DNA from: an uncultured bacterium
Lineage (GTDB): Bacteria > Fidelibacterota > Marinisomatia > Marinisomatales > TCS56
Direction: 5' to 3'
Assembly: GCA_964628055.1 (NCBI GenBank)
Contig: CAZVNL010000001.1
Coordinates: 4,114 to 68,113, forward strand
DNA: 64,000 nucleotides
Made by a program: the position numbers and the translations under genes. This document shows, piece after piece, positions 9,979-17,247 of this stretch (the stretch's first letter is position 1; each line of letters begins with the position of its first letter). A model generated the notes under the pieces. That model searched no databases, was not told the DNA's origin, and worked only from the letters and a program-made list of their open reading frames with translations.

Positions 9979-11820
9979 ATGGCCATTATCTCTACCCTTC
10001 GCAACCGGATGCATATTGTGCTCTGGGCCTTACTAATTTTGTTCCTACTCAGTATGACCGTGGGCGGTCTGGTGGGTGGTGTCAACATCGTGGACCAACT
10101 TTTAGGCAAGGTCGATCCAACCAAAGCTATTGGAATGGTCAACGGTGACGTCATCTCCCCAACCGACTTTTCCAACTTGGTAACACGTCAAATCGATCAG
10201 CTTCGTTCAGCCGGGCAAGAAGTCACCGACCAGGATATTGAGCGCATTCGCAATCAGGTGTGGGAAGGGTTCATCCGTGACAAACTCATTGCCCAGGCGC
10301 TGAAAAAAATGGATATTGCCGCCACCGACGAAGAAGTACTCTACCATTTACGGAATGCCCCACCTGTTTTTCTCCAACAAGAACCTGTTTTCCAGACCGA
10401 TGGCCAATTTGACCTGGAAAAATATCAACAAGCCATTAATAATCCCGTGGGTAACGAATGGGTTGAAATCGAACAGTTCATGAAAAAATCCTACATCCCC
10501 AATTACAAACTTCAACAACTTTTATTTTCCACGGTTAATGTAGCGGAAGAAGAATTATGGGATGAATACAAAAAGAACTATTTAGATTACACTATCTCCG
10601 CCCTTCACGTTACTACCAGTACCGTACAAGACAGTATAACGGCTCCCACGGAAGACGAACTGCGGGCAGAATATCAGCAGCGGTTCGATGAATTCACCAG
10701 AGACGAACTCCGCAATTTGCAAGTTGTTTCCTGGAAAAAGGTACCGTCCCACGACGATACCCTCCGCATCGAGGAAGAAACCCGTCACATATTAGCGTTA
10801 GCCCAACAAAAGGGAAGTGATTTCGCCACCCTAGCGGATACTTACACCCAGGATCCTGGAAATCAGGTGACCCCCGATTCCGGTCGCGGGGGCATGTTGG
10901 GTTGGTTCCGCAAAGGACAGATGGTGAAACCCTTCGAAGAAGCTGCCTTTTCCGCCCCGCCGGGAACAGTAGTGGGACCGGTTCTTTCCCCCTTTGGTTA
11001 TCACATCATCAAGGTCTTCGATCGACGCGTACAAAAAGGTGTGGAAGAGGTGAACGCCGCCCATATTCTCTTGAAGATTGAGTTAGGGGCCAGCACCCGG
11101 GAACGCTTACGCCGGGAAGCTACCCTCTTTACCTACGACGCCCAGGATTACGGTTTTGAGGCCGCCCTGGACACGCACTATGTGCAAGCCTTTTCCGCCG
11201 ATCATCTCACCAAATCCGCCTCTTTCCTTCCCCAGGTAGGCTCTTTCCGGGATGCCGTTCGATTCGCCTTTAACAGCTCCGTGGGGGACATATCCGGCCC
11301 CTTAGAAAACGATAATTATTTTATCGTCTGCAAACTGGATTCTATTTTAGAAGCCGGTACCCGCGGTTTTGGAGAAGTGCGCGCCCAGTTAAACCGTGAG
11401 ATCCTGGAGCAAAGACAAAGGATAAAGGCTAAAGAATTAGCGAATATTTACCGCCGAAAGGTAGAGTACGGAGTCACTTTCGAGGATATTAAGCAGGAAA
11501 ACGCCCAAGTGGAATACATGCCTCAGGATACCAAGAAACTATCCCGCGGTTTCAACACCATCGGGCAGAGTTATTACCTCATTGGGGCGCTGTTGGGCTC
11601 CGAACCAGGCGCCCTCATTGGACCGGTGGAAACTGCCCGGGGGTATGCCTTGGTGAAGCTCCTTTCGGTGGCCTCCATCGATAGTAATGACTTCGAAGCT
11701 AAAAAAATCAATCTGCTACAAAACCTTCAATCTACCAAAGGCAATGCAGTTTATGAGAATTGGTTACAAGCCCGACGAGAGGCAGCGGAAATCATTGATA
11801 ATCGCAACTACTATTTCTAA
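9979..11820 (+). CDS. ppiD: Periplasmic chaperone / peptidyl-prolyl isomerase, PpiD-like
   Basis: 613 aa with an N-terminal membrane anchor, a SurA-N-like domain and a central parvulin domain (GGMLGWFRKGQMVKPFEEAAF...GYHIIKV). Confidence 0.8.
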   Translation: MAIISTLRNRMHIVLWALLILFLLSMTVGGLVGGVNIVDQLLGKVDPTKAIGMVNGDVISPTDFSNLVTRQIDQLRSAGQEVTDQDIERIRNQVWEGFIRDKLIAQALKKMDIAATDEEVLYHLRNAPPVFLQQEPVFQTDGQFDLEKYQQAINNPVGNEWVEIEQFMKKSYIPNYKLQQLLFSTVNVAEEELWDEYKKNYLDYTISALHVTTSTVQDSITAPTEDELRAEYQQRFDEFTRDELRNLQVVSWKKVPSHDDTLRIEEETRHILALAQQKGSDFATLADTYTQDPGNQVTPDSGRGGMLGWFRKGQMVKPFEEAAFSAPPGTVVGPVLSPFGYHIIKVFDRRVQKGVEEVNAAHILLKIELGASTRERLRREATLFTYDAQDYGFEAALDTHYVQAFSADHLTKSASFLPQVGSFRDAVRFAFNSSVGDISGPLENDNYFIVCKLDSILEAGTRGFGEVRAQLNREILEQRQRIKAKELANIYRRKVEYGVTFEDIKQENAQVEYMPQDTKKLSRGFNTIGQSYYLIGALLGSEPGALIGPVETARGYALVKLLSVASIDSNDFEAKKINLLQNLQSTKGNAVYENWLQARREAAEIIDNRNYYF

Positions 11821-11939
11821 ACTTGATAAATCATCAACGTCAATTTATATTTGATGACAAAACCACGCTCTCCGATTTCCACTGCTTTCATCTCCAAGAT
11901 AGAACAAATATAACCTAACAATCCTAACGCGAGAATCTC

Positions 11940-13367
11940 ATGATTACTTTCAGTGAGCGACAATTAAAGATACCGGAAATGAGCCGTCCCGTTTTTCTGG
12001 TGACCGGAGGCATGTCCAAATTTGCGCGGGCCATTCCCGAAAAACGAACCGAGGAGTTGGCCATCGACGCTTTTACGGAGGCAGCTCATTTCATCGATAC
12101 AACACCGGCCGAACTCAAGCAGTACATCCATTCCTGTTACTACGGCCACTTTGCCGATCATTTCGGGGACCAATTATTGGGTGAAGCCGTCATCCACGAC
12201 CGGTTAGGACTGGATCCCTTGGGAAATATTGGCATCAAGACGGGGGGAGCCACCGGAGGGTCCACCCTTTGGGAAGCCTTCAAAACCGTGGCTTCCGGCT
12301 ATTCCGACTGCGTCTTGGCCATGGGCTGGGAACGCATGGACGAAGTTCCCACCGACGAAGGAAATCATTATATCGCCTCCGCTGCGGACAAGGACTGGGA
12401 AACCCCCTTGGGACACATCTACACCGGGTATTACGCTGTCATGGCCCAAAAATATTGGCAGGTTTTTGGCAAGGAAGAGGATTCTTTCCGCCGCACCATG
12501 GCTGAAATCGCCGTGAAAAACCGCGGCTACGCCCGGATGAATCCTCACGCTCAGGGTCCGCTGAAAATAACCGTGGAAGACGTGCTGAACTCCCCTGTTG
12601 TTGCCTACCCACTCCGTGCCCTGGATTGCTGCTTAATGAGCGTGGGAGCGGCTTGCGCCATCCTCTGCGACGAAAAGACCGCCTTCGAACTCAGTGACAA
12701 TCCGCTGTTGATTTACGTTGCCGCTGGAAGCCACACCTTGCGCGTAGCCGATCGCAGACACATGGAAATTCCCCTTTTACCCAACGAAACCGCTGATCAA
12801 TATAAAGATTTAGGGGAGCGTTTCCCCGGTGGCGATCGCTATCCTGGGTTTACCGGCTTTCTAGCAGCCCGAATGGCGGCCCACTATGGCTACCGTATGG
12901 CGGGAATCACCGATCCTACTACAGACCTGGACGTGGTGGAGCTGCACGATGCCTTCACCATCAGTGATATTCAGACCTACGAAGATATTGGTATCCGACC
13001 GTACGGAGAGGGGCGTACCTATGTGGAATCGGGAGACTGCTACCATACCAACCCTCGTACCGGTGAACCGGGTAAATTACCAGCCAACTTGTCAGGGGGC
13101 CTCATCGGGAATATGCATGCCGTTGGCGCCACCGGAATCATGCAAGCCATCGAAATAGGCCATCATCTCTGGGGTCGGTGGGCCGAAATGCACGGAGATC
13201 CGGAAAAATGGCGCCGGTTTAATCGGGAAAAACCAACCGATTGGACCAATTTACAGGTTGTCAATGCTCGCCGTGGTCTGGCCATCAGCCACGCCGGGGT
13301 CGGCAGCCATGTGACAGCAACTATCATCGTGCATCCGGATCATCAACTGGAAAGGATTTCATCATGA
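11940..13367 (+). CDS. Thiolase-like protein, SCP-x / non-specific lipid-transfer type
   Basis: 475 aa with a thiolase fold and a C-terminal GGLIGNMHAVGATG motif. Translationally coupled (ATGA) to a DUF35 gene, as in SCP-x thiolase/DUF35 pairs. Confidence 0.7.
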   Translation: MITFSERQLKIPEMSRPVFLVTGGMSKFARAIPEKRTEELAIDAFTEAAHFIDTTPAELKQYIHSCYYGHFADHFGDQLLGEAVIHDRLGLDPLGNIGIKTGGATGGSTLWEAFKTVASGYSDCVLAMGWERMDEVPTDEGNHYIASAADKDWETPLGHIYTGYYAVMAQKYWQVFGKEEDSFRRTMAEIAVKNRGYARMNPHAQGPLKITVEDVLNSPVVAYPLRALDCCLMSVGAACAILCDEKTAFELSDNPLLIYVAAGSHTLRVADRRHMEIPLLPNETADQYKDLGERFPGGDRYPGFTGFLAARMAAHYGYRMAGITDPTTDLDVVELHDAFTISDIQTYEDIGIRPYGEGRTYVESGDCYHTNPRTGEPGKLPANLSGGLIGNMHAVGATGIMQAIEIGHHLWGRWAEMHGDPEKWRRFNREKPTDWTNLQVVNARRGLAISHAGVGSHVTATIIVHPDHQLERISS

Positions 13368-13957
13368 AAACCATGAAACGGGGAACTGTACGCGTTGAGA
13401 AGGGACGTTACCGTCCTCAAGGACATTTCCATTTCGTGTACCCCAACGACCCTATCTGGGACGAACAAGGACGCTTGGTGGGTGTGACTAATCCACGGGA
13501 TGTTACTCACATTCACACCTATGGTGGAGAATCCGTCTTTTTTGAATCCCTTAGTAAAGGTAAGCTCTTAGGAACCTACTGCGATAACAAAGATTGTGCC
13601 ACGCAGGGTACTGTTTATATTCCATTTCGCATTCATTGTCCTGACTGCTTGGGGAAAAACACCCCGATGGATCTGACGGAAACCGCAAAAACCGGGGCCC
13701 GTGTCCATACCTTTATGATTACAGAACGAACAGGCGCCTTTAATACGTTGAAAAAACCAATTCGCTTTATCAACGTTGAATTCCAAGGAGTGGCTACCAT
13801 CCTAATGGGCTACCTGTCCGTGGGCGAACCGTCCATCGGCATGGAAGTAGTCCCTATATTTCAAACTGAGAACCCTACCTATACAATCCTCGATCTATCG
13901 TGGGTTCCTAAAGGCACCCCTGAAGAGGAGTTACCCGAAGGTTTTACTTTCGGTTAA
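13364..13957 (+). CDS. DUF35 OB-fold / zinc-ribbon acyl-CoA-associated protein
   Basis: The start was reassigned to the ATG overlapping the thiolase stop. Contains the rubredoxin-like CDNKDC...CPDC ribbon followed by an OB-fold-like segment. Confidence 0.7.
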   Translation: MKTMKRGTVRVEKGRYRPQGHFHFVYPNDPIWDEQGRLVGVTNPRDVTHIHTYGGESVFFESLSKGKLLGTYCDNKDCATQGTVYIPFRIHCPDCLGKNTPMDLTETAKTGARVHTFMITERTGAFNTLKKPIRFINVEFQGVATILMGYLSVGEPSIGMEVVPIFQTENPTYTILDLSWVPKGTPEEELPEGFTFG

Positions 13958-14083
13958 ATCCATAATCACCTGCTCTATCCTTTACTGAAAGCTCGGCACA
14001 CCGGCTAATTCTTGTTTCTCCCCTAAGGTGGGTCGTATTTTTCGATAACCATCATATATGAATCAACTCCGAAAGGGATCACC

Positions 14084-14569
14084 ATGAAATCATTACGACT
14101 ACTTTAAACTTTTGTGTTAGTTTATCTTTGATACCAGCACAATTCCGTACAGAGATGAAAAGCCTGGGAGGCACAATCAGCTATACGAAAAACTACTATA
14201 ATAAAAAAGAAACCTATTCAATCCTTAATATACAACCTACCGTTAGCTATTTTGTCCAGTATAATGTCGCCGTTGGATTGTCGTTAATCCGTATATCCTC
14301 AACAGGTTACGGTAGAACCCAGACTTTGTCTGGAATCGGTGTAGGGTTCAAATTATATGTAAGTACAGCTTACATGGGGGGCTTATCAAACTCAAAAATG
14401 GGAGAACGAGAATGATTCGTCCAACAATATACTTGGGGAAACAGGTTATCTTTTTGAACTCAGTCAACATGTTTATTTGGACTTTGGGGTTGATTATGTC
14501 AAGGGACTTGACAACATGGAAAAATTTGAAACCCTAATAGTAAGTGTGGGTGTGGCGACCTTCTTTTAA
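14084..14569 (+). pseudogene. Small outer-membrane beta-barrel protein, disrupted by a premature stop and two frameshifts
   Basis: Three frame pieces fit together. MKSLRLL* is followed (other frame) by LNFCVSLSLIPAQF..., which completes a signal peptide. Alternating beta-strand sequence runs to ...YMGGLSNSKMGERE*. A third frame continues LSNSKWENEND...LDFGVDYVKG...TLIVSVGVATFF*, ending in a typical OMP C-terminal Phe. The frame changes lie near 14100-14106 and at G6 (14376-14381) or A5 (14394-14398). Confidence 0.55.
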
Positions 14570-14581
14570 ACACTTTTGGAT

Positions 14582-14618
14582 AAAAAAAAGCCAGGGCTAG
14601 TTGAAGGCCCTGGCTTTT
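14582..14618. terminator. Bidirectional rho-independent terminator between convergent genes
   Basis: A8 - GCCAGGGC (14590-14597) - 9-nt loop - GCCCTGGC (14607-14614) - TTTT. Confidence 0.8.
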
Positions 14619-14636
14619 GGCGATTCTTTTACAGCT

Positions 14637-15641
14637 TTAAGGACGGATAATCTTGTAAGGGAAATACCAGACTGCCGTATTGTAACCACCATCGCTAATA
14701 AAGAGAGTTGCGTTATCAATAACGTCAAAGAACATGCGGAAGATGCGCTGACGATGGCCGATGCCAGGTCCATGTGCTCGCCAGGCAACGGTGAACACAT
14801 TATCACCAGCTTGGTTATCCGGCCATAGGCCGGAATCATTCATCCGACGACGGGCCTTATGGCGACGATCCCTTCCAAAGTGGAACAAAGCCCGTTCCCC
14901 ACTATCTAGGCTGTCCACGTAAAATACCGGGTCATCGTTCTCCACCGTTAGTTCCACGCGCATTGGCGTCCAGGCGAAGAAAGTGGGAAGTTCCTGACGG
15001 GGAATGAAAAGATCCTCCACCGTGTTGGCTTCGAAACTGTACAACACCGAATCACTATCTTCTAAGGGGGTCCAGATGAATTCCAGTTTCGTAATGCGGA
15101 CCTTACTGCCGGCGCCCCCGGTACCAAGGGTGAATGCATCGACGATCCAACGATATCCATCGGGATTGTTACTATCGGGAAGGCGCACGAAACGCAACTT
15201 TCGGTTCAAATCGGTGGAAAACGCTTTTACGAAGGAATCCACAACCGTGTGGGTAGCCGTATCGATGGCCACGACGATGAAATTCCCTTGCAGGGTATGC
15301 GTAATATAGCCAATGGCTGTATCACCATTAACATCGAAGGTCACCGTACGATCGTAATCAGTAATCTGGCGTCCGAAACGGAGTCGATAGTTACCGTGAG
15401 GCCAGAGCGTGTCCACCAGAGTCTTCCCCAATCCGCCAATTTCCAAACCGGTGATATAATCGTCAACTACGGCACCCTCGTCATTGAAACCATCCAGGGA
15501 AAAGGCTTCATCCGCATCGATGAGCGTTAGGAGTTCGTCAGGATTAAAGTTATCCTCTGGGGTTTGTTCACAAGCTGGAAAGAGGATTACGAAAAGTGAA
15601 AAAGTTAACGTTAAAAAGGTTCTCATGATTAAGCTCCTCAT
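14637..15641 (-). CDS. Hypothetical lipoprotein (last gene of the ECF sigma module)
   Basis: 334 aa with signal plus lipobox (VILFPAC). No recognisable catalytic motif. Confidence 0.6.
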   Translation of the reverse strand: MRSLIMRTFLTLTFSLFVILFPACEQTPEDNFNPDELLTLIDADEAFSLDGFNDEGAVVDDYITGLEIGGLGKTLVDTLWPHGNYRLRFGRQITDYDRTVTFDVNGDTAIGYITHTLQGNFIVVAIDTATHTVVDSFVKAFSTDLNRKLRFVRLPDSNNPDGYRWIVDAFTLGTGGAGSKVRITKLEFIWTPLEDSDSVLYSFEANTVEDLFIPRQELPTFFAWTPMRVELTVENDDPVFYVDSLDSGERALFHFGRDRRHKARRRMNDSGLWPDNQAGDNVFTVAWRAHGPGIGHRQRIFRMFFDVIDNATLFISDGGYNTAVWYFPYKIIRP

Positions 15642-15649
15642 TGATGGTG

Positions 15650-16165
15650 TTATTTCCAGGAGCGATGCGGACCAGACCGATTGGATGGCCGACGACGTAA
15701 CTGGAACTGTTTACGGATATCCTGAATGAAACGCTCTTGAAACACCATGAGTTTTACCAATTGAGCGTTGGTCAAAGTGCCTTTCATTCCTTCAATAAAC
15801 GTGTTTCGCAGTTCAATTTTCTGGGTTTCTAACTGATTTGCTTCCTTAATGGCTCGGGCCAATTCTTTGTCAGATATTTCGTCTCCTCGTTCTGCCTTGT
15901 CCACTAACGGTCGGAAGAGTTCCTTTTGTGCTTTTTGCAGTTTTTTCATTGCCTCCTGATGAGCACGCATTTTGGGGAAAAACGTCTCCGCCTGTTCTTC
16001 AGTGAGTCTCAGTTCATCGGTCAATTTCCAAATGGCCATGAGTTCCATCCGGTTAGCGGCCTGACCCCTCGGGGGTGGCGGCCCCGGAGCTACAGGAGGG
16101 GGCTCTTGCGCCACCACAATTCCCAGAAATAAAACAGACAGGATAAGTTGTGTAAGTACTTTCAT
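15650..16165 (-). CDS. Periplasmic Spy/CpxP-family (LTXXQ motif) protein
   Basis: 171 aa with a signal peptide. Two LTxxQ motifs (LRLTEEQ, LTNAQ) sit in a helical, charged sequence. Confidence 0.7.
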   Translation of the reverse strand: MKVLTQLILSVLFLGIVVAQEPPPVAPGPPPPRGQAANRMELMAIWKLTDELRLTEEQAETFFPKMRAHQEAMKKLQKAQKELFRPLVDKAERGDEISDKELARAIKEANQLETQKIELRNTFIEGMKGTLTNAQLVKLMVFQERFIQDIRKQFQLRRRPSNRSGPHRSWK

Positions 16166-16542
16166 TAGTTAGCCTCCATGAGATTAGTAAAGCCTTCGAA
16201 ATCAACTTCATCAAAGAATTCCAGAGCTGTCCATAAATCATCTTCGCTTTCCAGAACATACAGGGCCATATCTTCCTGCAGTTGCCGTTCCTCCTCGGCC
16301 GTTAATAAAAGGCCCGAGTAATAGATAACTGGGGGAGTAAGGTCTGTCGGATTCTGTAACTGGGTAACGGTCAACACTCCCACCAGGGCAATGAACACTA
16401 CCATCGTCGATCCCATGAACAGGCGTTGTTTCCGTCTTTGAATAGCGAGCCGTTTACCTCGTAAGCGGTCAATAAAATCGTCGGGATCGATCGTTGCTGA
16501 GGGGACGTGACAACGCTGAATGAGTTCCTGTTCAAAATCCAT
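16165..16542 (-). CDS. Putative anti-sigma factor (single-pass membrane protein)
   Basis: 125 aa with one central TM (LFMGSTMVVFIALVGVLTV). It starts 2 nt after the ECF sigma stop, and its own TAA stop overlaps the downstream LTXXQ gene's start by 1 nt (TAATG). Confidence 0.55.
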   Translation of the reverse strand: MDFEQELIQRCHVPSATIDPDDFIDRLRGKRLAIQRRKQRLFMGSTMVVFIALVGVLTVTQLQNPTDLTPPVIYYSGLLLTAEEERQLQEDMALYVLESEDDLWTALEFFDEVDFEGFTNLMEAN

Positions 16543-16543
16543 A

Positions 16544-17065
16544 TTAAGACTCCAACAATTCCTTTAACTTGTTCACGCCATGATGATAACTCACCTTCAC
16601 TGACCCTTCACTGGTCTGGAGGATGTCCGCAATTGTTTTAAAAGGGAGTTCCTGTGAGATACGCATCATGATGACCAGGCGTTGTTGTTTGGGTAAGGTA
16701 GCCACAGCCCGCCACAGCTGTTGACGATCTTGGGAAGTGGACTGACTGTTTCCTTCATTGGATATTTCGGGTGTTTGATCCAGGTGGAGAAAATCCTTCC
16801 ATCGGTTGCGCCTGAGGTAGTTGTTCGCGATGTTGCCATTGACGCGGTACAGGTAGGTGTTGAATTGCGCTTGAAAACGAAATCGCTTAAGGGCTTTGTA
16901 AAGGCGTAAAAAAACGTCCTGCGCCAGGTCTTCAGCTTCCATAATATTCCCGGTAATAGAGTGAAAAAAGCGAACCACCTTGGTGAAATGCCGTCGAACC
17001 AGGTCGTCAAAAGCCTGTTCACTTCCGTCTTGGAATTTCTTGATGAGTTCATGATCGGTAAGCAT
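16544..17065 (-). CDS. RNA polymerase ECF-type sigma-70 factor
   Basis: 173 aa with region 2 (AEDLAQDVFLRLYKAL..F....F.TYLYRV) and region 4 HTH (LPKQQRLVIMMRISQELPFKTIADILQTSEGSVKVSYHHGV). Confidence 0.9.
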   Translation of the reverse strand: MLTDHELIKKFQDGSEQAFDDLVRRHFTKVVRFFHSITGNIMEAEDLAQDVFLRLYKALKRFRFQAQFNTYLYRVNGNIANNYLRRNRWKDFLHLDQTPEISNEGNSQSTSQDRQQLWRAVATLPKQQRLVIMMRISQELPFKTIADILQTSEGSVKVSYHHGVNKLKELLES

Positions 17066-17247
17066 TCAATTACACCCCTTTAGACCTTTACGATCGCAAA
17101 AGGTTAATAAAAAATTTAGTTCCGTGAAAGAAATACTGTTCTGTGAGCGACCATTGTGCTCGTATACAAAAGACGGTAAGTTACTTTCCCAACCAGGCTC
17201 AGGATACACGTTTTAAAACTACGTAAAACGACCTTATTTTCGATGAC

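Noticed and set aside
16666-17052. 128-aa alternative-frame ORF inside the ECF sigma gene
   Set aside because: It lies on the same strand but out of frame with a sigma factor that has clear region 2 and region 4 motifs. Its peptide has no features.
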